63,600 nucleotides of DNA. Origin: Euryarchaeota archaeon UBA486. Lineage in GTDB: Archaea > Thermoplasmatota > Poseidoniia > Poseidoniales > Poseidoniaceae. The position numbers were made by a program, and so were the translations under genes. The stretch covers positions 36,326 through 99,925 of the forward strand of contig DAET01000045.1 in NCBI GenBank assembly GCA_002497765.1. Reading direction: 5' to 3'. The notes below the pieces were generated by a model that saw only the letters and a program-made list of their open reading frames with translations, did no database searches and was not told the origin of the DNA. Positions 8,596 to 18,600 of this stretch are shown piece by piece (the stretch's first letter is position 1; each line of letters starts with the position of its first letter).

Positions 8596-9978
8596 TCATT
8601 CCCTCAGCGTTTCTCGATGTTCTCCACACAGGTTGGACGCCAGCGCGCCGTTGATGTCCATGTTTTGTGAAAGCACCCAGTGAAGTTTGGCGACCATGGT
8701 TTCCGGTGTCGAACTGACGCCGTGGCCCAGCAGCCCCATCGCCTGCTGTTTGCGTCCTTTGGAATAGACGTTCATGTCAACCGGGCCGTGAATGCATTGG
8801 TTGACGATCACGACGGGAAGTTCTCGGTTGACGCATCGTGTCAAAATGCGCCACAGCAGAGCGTTCTCCGGAGCGTCGTTTTGCGGGTCATCAATGGGAA
8901 GGTGGCCCAAGCCCGTGCCGTGGAGGACAACGCCTTGAACGCCAGTGGCGACGACCGCTTCGATGTGCTCTGCGTGGAGCCAGGGGCCTGCAATGAACTG
9001 CGCGATTCGCTGCCCGGTCTCGTAGGTTGTTGGTTGCTGTGCCAAGGGGCGAGATGATGGCTGTTCAAGGGCCGAAGCATACCACGGCAGGGTCTCGGTT
9101 CGGAACCCCTCGTGGGTGAGCGTGAGCGTGGCAAGCGGTTGACCGTTGACGGCGTGAAATGCATCTCGACGGGACGAGTGCATCTTCCGGAGCGCGAGGC
9201 CGGAATGAACCGCCATCACACCGTCGCTTTGGCCGTGGTGCATGACGACGGAGACGCTGTCGCCCGCATCCCCGGTGGGCAGGGGGCCGTTGGCAGCCCA
9301 ATGCACGGCCGCGAGGAGGTTCTCGGTGGCGTCGGATGAACCTCGGTCGCTCGACCGTTGGGATCCGACCATGACGATGGGCCCAGCGGGGCGCGAACCA
9401 TCTCCGGCGAAGGCGAAACTGAGGGCTGCCGACGTGATGTGGAGTGTGTCGGTCCCGTGGGCAACAACAACGCCTCGGCAACCGTCTGCGAAAGCATCGG
9501 CGCATGCAGCGGCGATGATGTTCCAGTGCTGCGGTCGAATGTCATCGCTGAACATGTTGCCAATTTTGACCGCATCAAGTTGGGCAATGGCGGCCAGTTC
9601 AGGAATGGCATCCAACATTTCCTCGGGTTCAAATTTTGCCTCCACAGCTCCCGTGGCGTAATCGACTTTCGAAGCGATGGTTCCACCGGTGTGAATCAGG
9701 CGAACCCGGGGCAGGTCGCTGTCTGCTTGGGGTGCATGAAGTTCGGCTGAGGACAAAGCGGCCTTTGTGGGAAGTTCCTCCCATTGCTGGACGGCCTCGG
9801 TGGGGTAGGACACGTTGTAGCCGTTGTCAAGTTTGAGCGAAAGATGTCCTTTGGCAGCGGGTGGAAGCACCAAGCCGGTGTGTTCCACCGTCTCGTTGTG
9901 CGTGTTCACCGTGGCTTTGACGCGAACCCCGGGGTTAGGCAACGCCACCATGCACGGAAACGGGCGGACTCGCCCCAT
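8596..9978 (-). CDS. gatD: Glutamyl-tRNA(Gln) amidotransferase subunit D
   Basis: 460 aa. GatD N-terminal domain (LSLKLDNGYNVSY) plus an asparaginase-type core (RVRLIHTGGTIASKVDYATGAV; VVVAHGTDTLHITSAALSF). An alternative start at Met10 (9951) is possible. Confidence 0.9.
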   Translation of the reverse strand: MGRVRPFPCMVALPNPGVRVKATVNTHNETVEHTGLVLPPAAKGHLSLKLDNGYNVSYPTEAVQQWEELPTKAALSSAELHAPQADSDLPRVRLIHTGGTIASKVDYATGAVEAKFEPEEMLDAIPELAAIAQLDAVKIGNMFSDDIRPQHWNIIAAACADAFADGCRGVVVAHGTDTLHITSAALSFAFAGDGSRPAGPIVMVGSQRSSDRGSSDATENLLAAVHWAANGPLPTGDAGDSVSVVMHHGQSDGVMAVHSGLALRKMHSSRRDAFHAVNGQPLATLTLTHEGFRTETLPWYASALEQPSSRPLAQQPTTYETGQRIAQFIAGPWLHAEHIEAVVATGVQGVVLHGTGLGHLPIDDPQNDAPENALLWRILTRCVNRELPVVIVNQCIHGPVDMNVYSKGRKQQAMGLLGHGVSSTPETMVAKLHWVLSQNMDINGALASNLCGEHRETLRE

Positions 9979-9990
9979 GAATGAATCGCT

Positions 9991-12432
9991 TCATTGAGAC
10001 AGGTCCTTGACTTTCTCAACGAGGTCCATTCGGCGCAGTCGCCAAATTCCGATGGGTGTCATGGCAACAGCGATGACAATCACGCCTGCCATGAGTTGAT
10101 ACGCGACGCTGGGCACGACAACGATGGCGACGAAGAACTGCCACGATGAGAATGAAGCGGCAAGGCCAACGGCGCCGCCGTAAGCAAACGCAACGCCAAC
10201 CAGTCCACCGATGATACCGATGAGGAGGCTCTCAAACAAGAGCATGAAGCCCAGGCTCCGGGTTGATGCGCCCAAGACTCGGAGGGTGGCGAGTTCGAAA
10301 TCTCGCTCGGCCACGTTCATGATCATCGTGTTGAACATGACGGCAATGGTAAACATCAGACCGAGGTACATCATGGCTTGGAAGATTTGCGTTTGCTGTT
10401 CAATGAGGCTGTTCATGCCATCGATGAGGGTTTGACGCTCAATCACGCCCATGGAGATTTCAGCCAGCGAGGCGTCAACAGTCACGCCTTCGGGCAGTGC
10501 GAGGTACATCGATGTTGCATCAACGCCCAAGGCCTCGCCAAGGTCTGCACGGAGGAAATACATCGTGCGAACCAACTCACCTCGCGTGGTGCCCACGACC
10601 GTGATGTCGTGTTCTGCACCGTTCAACAGAACAGTGTGTTGCTCCCCCACGCTCCAACCAAGGAACACCATGGAGCCTTCGTCCATCATGACCTCACTCG
10701 GGCCGTTGCTCGGTTGCGGTCGTTCGCCTTCAATGACGTTGACGTTCCGCATGCCGTTCTCGTAAGAATCAAAGCCGACAAGCGTGAACACTCGTTCCAG
10801 ACCGTCTGCGTCATCCACTGCGCCGAGCGGCATTTCAATGAGTGGCTCGTAGGTTGCTCCGCGTTCGTTGGCCCACTCGATGATGCTGGCTTCGCCACCT
10901 TCGCCGATGTACACTTGGGCGTCCCACGATTGCTGTTCTTCGAGCCCGCCGACGATGGTGTCTTGCAATCCCGCCGACATCATTTGGACCGAACCGAAGA
11001 GCATCAGCGAGATCCCCACAGCCAGGAAGGTCATCATCAGGCGAATCGGTTTTCGCACGCTGGAACGAATGGAGAGGCCCAGCGTGGTGGGCATCCACGA
11101 GGTCAATCGACGCAGCAGCGATGAACCCACCCGCATTTGATTCTGCCCGCTCAAGACCTCAAGCGGGTCAAGGCGGCTAGATTTCCATGCAGGGAAGGCC
11201 CCCGACAGAAACACCACCAGCATGGTCGGTAGCATGACGGCCGTGTACAATTCCAAAGGTACCTCTCGTTCGGTGATGGGAAGCCCGACAATGCCCTCGT
11301 AGAAATCAAGCATGCCGTTGACACCCCACGGCCCCATCAGCGCGCCCAAGCCGCAGCCGATAGCACCGATGACGAGGGGCGCGATGAGGTAGCCAGTCAT
11401 GAGCGACGTTCGGTTCACGCCCAGTGTGCGCAGCACAGCGATTTCCTTGGCTTGGCTCTGGACCAAGCGTTGCAAACTCAGCACGATGGTGATGGAGGCG
11501 ATGGCGGCGATCATCACCGTGAACGGAATGCTGGTTCGCTTGGCGCCTTCGAGGTCTTGACGCATGATTTCAACCGGCTCGTTTTGTCCTCGGTCCCTCA
11601 CCCTACCGTCCAGTTCAGCGACGTCGAGCGCATCGGACACGAGGGCTTTGACAGCGTCGATTTCATCGCCCTCGTAACCTTCGGTGTCGGGCAGGTCAAA
11701 CGAAGGTGTACCTTCAACGTCCAAGAGGAGGGTGTTGCTGCTTCCAAGTGAGGTGTTGGTCAGGCGGGCCATGCCACTGTCGGAGAGGTAGCCAACAACG
11801 TATTGCCCCGCTTCCGGAGGGAACAAGGAGCCTTCGGGGGCCATGAACACGTGCAGCGGGTGATACCCGATGCCGACAATCGTGAACTCCGCTGAGGTGG
11901 TACCGGCGCCGATGACGACTGCGTCGCCCAGCGAGAGGTCAAGGGCTTCGACCACGTGCGCATCGATGACAATCTCGTCCGCACTGGACGCCACGCGGCC
12001 TTCGCTGTGCTCGTCGGGCATCCAGACCTTGTCGGCGTTGGCGTCTTCTGGGATGCCGTGCCAGAGGGAATTGATGATGTGGGTGCCGCTTTCATTGGTG
12101 TGGAACATGGTGCCTTGCACGATGCTTCGCCCTTCACACGAGTCGAGGGCTGCGCCGGTGGAAGGCCACGAGGAACCTAACGCACCGCAGAACGTTGCCA
12201 CTTCTTCGCTGGTCCAACTTGCACTACGGTTGTCAATCCAAAGGTCGGCCAGGTTAGCGCCTTCCTCATCGTCCCCCTGGAGGGTTTCGTACATCCCGTC
12301 CAAATTGTGCGAATACCCGCCAAAGGTGATGCCCGCAAACACGCCAACAGAAACCATCAGGACGACGGCCAACAAGCGAAGTTTGGTACGCCAAAGGCTG
12401 CGTGCCAAACGTTTGTTGAGGAGCGCTGACAT
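9991..12432 (-). CDS. ABC transporter permease with two FtsX-type domains (MacB/YbbP-like)
   Basis: 813 aa. N-terminal TM, a large extracytoplasmic domain, a 3-TM FtsX block (KEIAVLRTLGVNRTSLMTGYLIAPLVIG), a second extracytoplasmic domain and a second FtsX block (RDFELATLRVLGASTRSLGFMLLFESLLIGIIGGLVG). It sits directly downstream of the ATPase gene. Confidence 0.8.
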   Translation of the reverse strand: MSALLNKRLARSLWRTKLRLLAVVLMVSVGVFAGITFGGYSHNLDGMYETLQGDDEEGANLADLWIDNRSASWTSEEVATFCGALGSSWPSTGAALDSCEGRSIVQGTMFHTNESGTHIINSLWHGIPEDANADKVWMPDEHSEGRVASSADEIVIDAHVVEALDLSLGDAVVIGAGTTSAEFTIVGIGYHPLHVFMAPEGSLFPPEAGQYVVGYLSDSGMARLTNTSLGSSNTLLLDVEGTPSFDLPDTEGYEGDEIDAVKALVSDALDVAELDGRVRDRGQNEPVEIMRQDLEGAKRTSIPFTVMIAAIASITIVLSLQRLVQSQAKEIAVLRTLGVNRTSLMTGYLIAPLVIGAIGCGLGALMGPWGVNGMLDFYEGIVGLPITEREVPLELYTAVMLPTMLVVFLSGAFPAWKSSRLDPLEVLSGQNQMRVGSSLLRRLTSWMPTTLGLSIRSSVRKPIRLMMTFLAVGISLMLFGSVQMMSAGLQDTIVGGLEEQQSWDAQVYIGEGGEASIIEWANERGATYEPLIEMPLGAVDDADGLERVFTLVGFDSYENGMRNVNVIEGERPQPSNGPSEVMMDEGSMVFLGWSVGEQHTVLLNGAEHDITVVGTTRGELVRTMYFLRADLGEALGVDATSMYLALPEGVTVDASLAEISMGVIERQTLIDGMNSLIEQQTQIFQAMMYLGLMFTIAVMFNTMIMNVAERDFELATLRVLGASTRSLGFMLLFESLLIGIIGGLVGVAFAYGGAVGLAASFSSWQFFVAIVVVPSVAYQLMAGVIVIAVAMTPIGIWRLRRMDLVEKVKDLSQ

Positions 12433-12441
12433 GGAACCACC

Positions 12442-13149
12442 TCAAGCTTCTTGGTCGTTGGCCAGATGTTCGTCCGAGACAATTTTTCCACTGTCGATGC
12501 GAATCACCCGGGTGGCGTAGCGAACGAGTCCCTCGTCGTGGGTCACAAACACCGATGTGATGTTTTCCTGCTTGCAAGCGCTCACCAGGGCCTCCATGAC
12601 TTTGTTGGAGGTCTCTGTGTCCAGGTTGCCCGTCAATTCATCCCCCAGCAATAACGTGGGTCGCTTGGCAATGCTTCGAGCGATGGCCACGCGTTGCTGC
12701 TGACCACCGCTGATCTCTCCGGGAAAACGGTCCACTTCAGCGTCCAAGCCGACAAGGCCGAGCAATTCCTTGGCCCGTGCAGGGTCCTTTTTGCCTGCAA
12801 GTTCCTGGATGAGCAGAATGTTTTCGAGAACCGTCAGGTCTTGGAGGAGGTTGAAGAACTGGAACACATATCCAATGTTGTCTCGTCGAAACGACGTCAT
12901 TTTTTCGGATTGGTTGCGAGGCACTTCCTCTCCGAGGAAACGGTAGGAGCCACCCGTTGGGCTGTCGAGGGCGGAAAGGCAGTTGAGCAGGGTGGTCTTT
13001 CCGGAGCCCGAGGGGCCGAGCAAAATGACCCGCTCACCTTCATGAATCTCAAAACTCACACCATCAAGCGCCTTGACAACTCCAGCGGGTGTTTCGTAGT
13101 GCCGTTGAAGATTTTTCATCTGCAGCAATGGGTCTGACATGTCGCTCAT
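12442..13149 (-). CDS. ABC transporter ATP-binding protein (MacB/LolD-type)
   Basis: Track ORF 12442..13254 shortened to MSDMSDPLLQMKNLQRHY because the 35-codon extension runs into the tRNA gene. Walker A GPSGSGKTTLLN, signature ISGGQQQRVAIARS, Walker B LLLGDELTGNLD. Confidence 0.9.
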   Translation of the reverse strand: MSDMSDPLLQMKNLQRHYETPAGVVKALDGVSFEIHEGERVILLGPSGSGKTTLLNCLSALDSPTGGSYRFLGEEVPRNQSEKMTSFRRDNIGYVFQFFNLLQDLTVLENILLIQELAGKKDPARAKELLGLVGLDAEVDRFPGEISGGQQQRVAIARSIAKRPTLLLGDELTGNLDTETSNKVMEALVSACKQENITSVFVTHDEGLVRYATRVIRIDSGKIVSDEHLANDQEA

Positions 13150-13201
13150 CTTCGCCCACCCGTTGCGACATTTTGAGTCTTCACCCACGGGGTGCAATGA
13201 A

Positions 13202-13332
13202 TGGTGCCGGGAGCGGGGCTCGAACCCGCGACCTTCGGATGTCTCAGACACCACAAGGGGCTTTGCACGTCATACGATCGCCTTGAAGGCTGCCCTATGA
13301 GTCCGACGCGCTACCAACTACGCCACCCCGGC
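13202..13332 (-). tRNA. tRNA with CAU anticodon (elongator Met, or Ile2 if C34 is modified), intron-containing, CCA genomically encoded
   Basis: Folded by hand from the reverse strand: acceptor GCCGGGG/TCCCGGC (G7-U66), D-arm GCGT-AGTTGGTA-GCGC, anticodon stem TCGGA/TCCGA, loop CT-CAT-A(intron)A, variable AGGTC, T-arm GCGGG-TTCGAGC-CCCGC, discriminator A, CCA. G1-C72 argues against an initiator. Confidence 0.85.
13241..13295 (-). other. 55-nt tRNA intron at the canonical 37/38 position with a bulge-helix-bulge splice motif
   Basis: Intron sequence, written as DNA: GGGCAGCCTTCAAGGCGATCGTATGACGTGCAAAGCCCCTTGTGGTGTCTGAGAC. The central 4-bp helix CTCA/TGAG is flanked by 3-nt bulges TA|G (5' site) and AC|A (3' site). 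The outer helices are the anticodon stem and GGCA/TGTC. Both cleavage sites fall after the second bulge nucleotide. Confidence 0.75.
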
Positions 13333-13454
13333 CTATCCTGTGGGTGCGCCCTTCCCTCTTTGAAGAAATCGGAAGTGGGGCTTGCGAACAACACATCCAC
13401 GAGAGACGGTTTCCAACCGATGTGTTCTAACACTTGCTCGGTTCCGCTTCGGTC

Positions 13455-14363
13455 ATGGTGGACCTCAAAACGGCCATGGCGGCGGCGCAAGCCGAGCGCA
13501 TGAAACGTGATGGGGCCAAGAACGCTGAGAAAAAGAAACGTCGCTCCGGGGCCGACCTCGGCATTGAACCGTTTGACCCGGTGAAGCATCACGGCAAAGA
13601 GCGAGCCGACACGGCATCCATGTGGCTGGTCATCTTCTACGCCTTCATCGTCACCATGATGATGCGCTACATCTTGATGCCGTCCACGACTTTGGACAAG
13701 ACGGACGTGCTCTACATTTTGCCGCTGACCATGCTCATCCTCATTCCTCAAATCCACCGCATGGTCATGCCCGAGCGCTTCAAGGAACACTACACGAAAG
13801 GAACCTGGTTCCGGGCCTTTTTCCTCTACACCTTCACCTTCCTCTCCCTCTCGTTCCTTGTGGTCAATCCTCCCTTTGGCGACATCGTGGCGCCGCAGCT
13901 GGCCGACGAATGGGCCGTGGTCATCGAACACGACGGCAACTACACCTTCGCCGACAAGGTGAACGGCGGTGAAAACGAATGGACGCTGGATGAAGGAGAG
14001 TACGTCATGGGTGGCGCCTGGCTTTTGTTTGGTCTTGCGGACAATGTGGACGACACCGGCGCAAACGTCACCGTGGTTCACAGTTTCCAGAACACCAAAA
14101 CGACCCTGGATTCCAATGCAACGTTCTGGGATGACCATGGCACCGATGTGGGTACGTGGCGAACGGCCAACAACAAGTCCGCTCCAATCCTTCTGCCTCA
14201 CGCTGATTTGGACCAACCGTTTGCCATCTTCCTTGGCGAGGGCTTGGCCGTTGGCGACCATACAATTGAAGTGGAAATTGTTGAGCAGGGGGACCCCTGG
14301 GAAAACACTCGGACCTACACGTGGACCTTTGCGGTCAACCCGCCCGACGTTTCAACCGAGTAA
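13455..14363 (+). CDS. Hypothetical polytopic membrane protein with an extracytoplasmic C-terminal domain
   Basis: Track ORF 13434..14363 starts at TTG. The first ATG gives MVDLKTAMAAAQAERMKRDG... It has a basic N-terminus and three or four hydrophobic helices (SMWLVIFYAFIVTMMMRYILM, VLYILPLTMLILIPQI, WFRAFFLYTFTFLSLSFLVV), then a ~170-aa soluble region. No family recognised. The antisense ORF 13311..14261 was rejected. Confidence 0.55.
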   Translation: MVDLKTAMAAAQAERMKRDGAKNAEKKKRRSGADLGIEPFDPVKHHGKERADTASMWLVIFYAFIVTMMMRYILMPSTTLDKTDVLYILPLTMLILIPQIHRMVMPERFKEHYTKGTWFRAFFLYTFTFLSLSFLVVNPPFGDIVAPQLADEWAVVIEHDGNYTFADKVNGGENEWTLDEGEYVMGGAWLLFGLADNVDDTGANVTVVHSFQNTKTTLDSNATFWDDHGTDVGTWRTANNKSAPILLPHADLDQPFAIFLGEGLAVGDHTIEVEIVEQGDPWENTRTYTWTFAVNPPDVSTE

Positions 14364-14597
14364 ATCAGCGTGCTGACGAACGATCTCGTTCAACACACGG
14401 TCGATTCGCTGTCGGTCGAACCACTCCTGGCTGATTCGTCGCTCCATTCGACGGCGCCGGGCGCGAACGAGCGGTGCGAGCACGGTCCAACACAAGGCCT
14501 CCTCAAGGCGGAGCATGATGGGGTTCATGGTCGGCCGTTGGAACCAACCTACTGCTTCCTTTCGGGGGCCCGTTCGTGAAAACTGAAAGTGAATCAA
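14352..14597 (-). CDS. Possible small basic protein translationally coupled to rfcS (hypothetical)
   Basis: 81-aa ORF whose ATG overlaps the rfcS stop as ATGA (14594-14597). It is Arg-rich (VRARRRRMERRISQEWFDRQRIDRVLNEIVRQ). No family recognised. Spurious ORFs are common in GC-rich DNA, hence the low confidence. Confidence 0.25.
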   Translation of the reverse strand: MIHFQFSRTGPRKEAVGWFQRPTMNPIMLRLEEALCWTVLAPLVRARRRRMERRISQEWFDRQRIDRVLNEIVRQHADLLG

Positions 14598-15550
14598 GCA
14601 CGCAAATGTTGGACGATTTGAGCGGTCAGCGCATCCAGTTGAATCTGTTCACCGCCGCCCTCGACCAAACGGTAGTCGATTTCAGCCATCCATTCCGTCA
14701 AGGCAAGTTTCGACCGTTCTTCGAGGAAATCAGCGCTGTAGAGCTCACGGTGAAGTTGATTCACAAAATCCGTACCGGCCAGCCCGAACTGGTCGAGCAG
14801 TTCACGCAACCTTCGGCGGGCGACGTGAAAGCCATCGTCTCGGCACGCCATCAAATACTGGTGGAGGGCTTCCGGGGGCGCTGTGGCTGAGGTTTCATAC
14901 ACCAGTTCTCGGCTCACGGTCGTGTTCAAGGCGGCAGCCACTTGGAGTGCCGTCAGCGCTTTGCGCAGGTCACCCTGGGAGATTCGAGTCAAGGCTTCAA
15001 CAGCTCCTTCGCCCAAGGTCAAGGCTTCAAGTTCGGCGACGTGGACAACTTGGGAGGCCACGTCGGCATCGGAGAGCGGTCTGAATCGGAAGACTGCGCA
15101 CCGGGATTGAATCGGTTCAATGATTTTGGAAGAGTAGTTGCAAGAGAGAATGAAGCGGCAGGTTTCCGCATACTGCTCCATGATTCGGCGGAGTGCACCT
15201 TGCGCATCGTTGGTCAGGGCGTCGGCCTCATCGAGGAAGATGATCTTGAAGGCTGCACCGCCGTAGGGCTGCGTTCGAGCAAATTGCTTCACCTTGGTTC
15301 GGATGCTCTCCAATTTACGCTCATCAGAGGCGTTCATCTCCAGCAGGTTCTGACGAAAATCTTGCCCAAAGATGTCCTTGGTCAGCGCCATGGCAGCCGT
15401 CGTTTTTCCAGTTCCCGGAGGTCCAGCGAAGAGCAAATGAGGGAAATTCTTGTTTCCAGCGTAGGTCCCTAGACGCTGCACAACAGCGGCTTGTCCTTTG
15501 ATTTGGGTCACCGATTGAGGGCGGTGTTTCTCGACCCAAAGTTCGCTCAT
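14594..15550 (-). CDS. rfcS: Replication factor C small subunit
   Basis: Track ORF 14594..15823 shortened to MSELWVEKHRPQSVTQIKGQ (the conserved RFC box II start). Walker A GPPGTGKTTAAMAL, Walker B IIFLDEADALT, SRC motif IQSRCAVFRF. The 91-codon N-terminal extension has no RFC similarity. Confidence 0.9.
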   Translation of the reverse strand: MSELWVEKHRPQSVTQIKGQAAVVQRLGTYAGNKNFPHLLFAGPPGTGKTTAAMALTKDIFGQDFRQNLLEMNASDERKLESIRTKVKQFARTQPYGGAAFKIIFLDEADALTNDAQGALRRIMEQYAETCRFILSCNYSSKIIEPIQSRCAVFRFRPLSDADVASQVVHVAELEALTLGEGAVEALTRISQGDLRKALTALQVAAALNTTVSRELVYETSATAPPEALHQYLMACRDDGFHVARRRLRELLDQFGLAGTDFVNQLHRELYSADFLEERSKLALTEWMAEIDYRLVEGGGEQIQLDALTAQIVQHLRA

Positions 15551-15665
15551 GCTCCCCGTTCTCGTTGACGAGCCTCCTTCAACATTCGCATCCACGGGGG
15601 AAGGAATTTGACGAGCAAAATTTTCGTGTCTTGAGGGGTGGTCATGCCATATAAGGGAAAAGTCC

Positions 15666-15673
15666 CTATAATG
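15666..15673 (+). promoter_or_regulatory. TATA-like box (CTATAATG) 26-33 nt upstream of the giant gene ATG (leaderless arrangement)
   Basis: Sequence ...gtccCTATAATGgggagtggtgtaagggttgagtcccATG. A second TATA-like element, CATATAAGG, lies ~15 nt further upstream in the divergent rfcS/giant-gene intergenic region. Confidence 0.35.
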
Positions 15674-15698
15674 GGGAGTGGTGTAAGGGTTGAGTCCC

Positions 15699-18600
15699 AT
15701 GCGTAGCGTACGAATTGTTTCTCCCCGGGCCACCGCGCTTTTGCTCGTGTTGATGTTTATTTTCGCCGACCTCTCGCTTCCGCAAACCATGGAAGGTTGG
15801 TCCGAACTTGAAGACGAACCCACGGTCCACCGCGCAGTTTCCTATCACGCCATTCACGCTGACACCTACATCACGGCTTCCGCCCCCACCAGCACGTACA
15901 ACACCTCAGCCACCGGGACACTGGCCGATGGACCCGCGCAGGAATCACGCTTGCTGTTGCGGTTCCCAATGAATTACACGGCAAGCGACACCATCCACGA
16001 GGCGAGCATCGATTTGGAGTGTACCACCGATGCCCTCGGCCCTACTGAATTGAAGGCCTACGTGGCTCACATGGACCGGTTTTGGAACGGTTCCTTTGCT
16101 TCTTGGGTGGCCTATGCCAGCAACCAACTCTGGTCCGAAGCCGGCGGTGAAGCTGGTGCTGACCGAGGTGACTGGGAACCTCCGGCCTTGCTTTCGGGCA
16201 ACGGGACTCTCACCCTCAACGTCACCTCCATTGCGCAACAAGCGGCTCGCTCCAATTCGGCCTACCTCTCTGTCATCGTCGCATCCTTCGGGGCCACCTA
16301 CGACTGTAGCATGTCTGAGGACACCGTGGCGGCGAACCGACCCGAGTTGACGTTGGATGTCAGTGCGGGTTCCGCAGCGACCAGCGGCGCAACGGTGTCG
16401 ACCGACCTTCCCGTGGACGAAGGCGCGCCGTGGATGGAATCTGACTTCCTGCTTCAACCCGTCACCACCCCTGCGTTGTCCTACGACATGAACAGCGGGA
16501 CGGACGTCGAGATTCAACTCAGCAACGCAGATGATTGGCGTTCTGCCACCGACGAGGCTTGGCATTTCTCCACGCTGTGGTCCACCTTCGCGTCCACCGG
16601 AACGTCCGGTGCCTACAACCTCCCATCCAACCTCGCACTGACCAACGGCACCGCCATGCACATGCGTGTACGAGCCGTGGACAGCAACGATCAGTGGGGC
16701 GCATGGGATTCAACCAGTTTCCTCTTGCCCAACCTGAACGTGGTCGATAACGGCGACGGCACGGCCACCATGACGCTCGGCCCCACCGACACTGGCCTGG
16801 AGCAGGATTTCCTGCAGGACACCTTCGTCAACGAAACCAGGAAGACCTACAATTATGGCGCTGATGCCTTGGTCGAATCCAGCATGACCTCCAGCAAGGA
16901 ACGTTTGATTCACTTCCGAACGTCACTCAACCAACTCGGCCTCCACGACAACCTCACCATCGTCAACGCTGAACTCAAACTCACCCGTTCCTCCTACAGC
17001 GGCGATCCGGTGGTTTCGGTCCACGGCATGGAAGAATCCGGTCTCTGGGCAGAGGAAGAAGTCACGTGGAACCAAATGTCAGCAGGTGGCGTACAGTGGT
17101 ACGACGGTGGCCGTTCAAACGGCACCGCTACCATGGCGTTGGCGGACGGCAACCAAACCAGCAACAGTTTCACGTTTGACCTTGACCACGCTGTTCAGAA
17201 CTACCTTGACGGTGGCGATGAAAACCCTCTCGATTTGATGGTCGCTGTGCGAGGTAAGTTCGAATCCTACACCAACAATGAAGGCATCTTTTTCCACTCG
17301 GCAGAAGCTGCCAATCCAAGCGATGCACCTTCGTTTTCCATTACGTACGAATGGGGCAGCGGGGCACCACCCGCCTCGGTGAACCTCACCGCACCTGCCG
17401 ATGGCCTCGCTGTGTGGAACAAAACCGGTGACAACCTCTCGGGCAACACCCAGCCCACGCTCAACTGGTCGCAACCCGCCACTGGCGATGACATCGTGTT
17501 CGAACTCGCCACGGACGAGGACTTCCGACTTCGACAGATGCGCGTTGACACCCGTGTTGACAACGACTTCAGCCCCACAGATGGCACGCTGGCCATGACC
17601 GGTTCCAAGACCCTTGAGGTGGGGAACATGTACTTCTGGCGCATGGCCACCGTCGACAGTGACAATCACTACGGTGAGTGGGTCAGTTCGAGTTTCCTCG
17701 TCTCCTCTCTGGAGAGCATCTGGCTGGGCGGCGACCGCTACGAATTCAACTTGAAGCACGGCAACGGCTCACAGGACAATCAATATCCCGAGTGCATGGA
17801 CACCTACATCGACAGCGCCGCACCCAACGATAATTACGACGGCGATTCGGAGATGACCATCGATTACAGCCCCTTCGGCGGTGAGATCACGGCCCTGTTG
17901 GGTTGCAACTTGGTGTCCAACCTCCTGCCCGACGGCTATGCGGTCGAGTCGGCTCACCTTCGCATGTCGTTGACTTCAACGACTTTTGGCACGCCGACCA
18001 TCGGTGTGTGGGAAAGCAATCAGAACGACTGGAACGCCGAGGACGCCACCTGGTCCAGCTACGATGGTTCTAACACGTGGGCCACGGCCGGCGCCAAGGG
18101 TGCAGAGCGCGGTTCGCTGCTCGACAGCGTTTCGGTTGGATCGTCGTTCTCCGAGGGCGATTCGGTCGAATGGAACGTCACCCTTGCGGTTCAGAACGCC
18201 ATGCGTGAAGACCGTCGAGTGGACTTCATCGCCGGCATGCTCGGCGCGGGGTCTGGCGGTGCACGAACAGCCTACTTCAGCACGGCCGAGGACTCGATGT
18301 CCAGCCGACCTGAACTCTCCTTTGTCTACGTCCCAGGCTCCGACGCTCTCCCGTCCAATCCTGCCCCGGCCCTGCCACTGAACGGCTCTTGGTCCATCGG
18401 TACAGGCGTTGATTTGACGCCCATCAGCCAGCCCGAACTGGATTGGAATTTCGGGGGGACCATGGCGCTCGCTGGCTACATCGTTCAACTGGACACACAA
18501 GCCGACTTTTCATCGGTGAACAGCCTCACCTACACGTCGTGGAACGATGCAGGATTTGACGTCACCAACACCTCTTTCACGCTCCAGTCCGACCTCGATG

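Noticed and set aside
13150-13254. N-terminal 35-codon extension of the ABC ATPase ORF
   Set aside because: It overlaps the tRNA gene (13202-13332) on the same strand, and the conserved ABC N-terminus begins at the internal MSDMSD start.
13241-13295. Possible box C/D guide RNA inside the tRNA intron (a CUGA lies near the 3' end)
   Set aside because: A D-box-like CUGA is present, but I could not find a C box (RUGAUGA), since GUAUGAC does not match, or a C'/D' pair. The CUGA is fully explained by its role in the BHB central helix.
13100-13500. tRNA gene as a possible integration site for a mobile element
   Set aside because: There is no integrase, no direct repeat of the tRNA 3' end and no compositional break that I can see on either side. 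The flanking genes are an ABC transporter and a membrane protein.
13311-14261. 316-aa minus-strand ORF opposite the 13455-14363 membrane protein
   Set aside because: Its composition is Arg/His/Gly/Val-rich and non-protein-like, and its 3' end runs into the tRNA gene. The + strand product has clear TM helices. I kept the + strand call, with only moderate confidence.
15551-15823. 91-codon N-terminal extension of rfcS, reaching past the giant-gene start
   Set aside because: RFC small subunits begin at the LWVEKHRP box. The extension has no similarity and would bury both TATA-like elements of the divergent promoter region.
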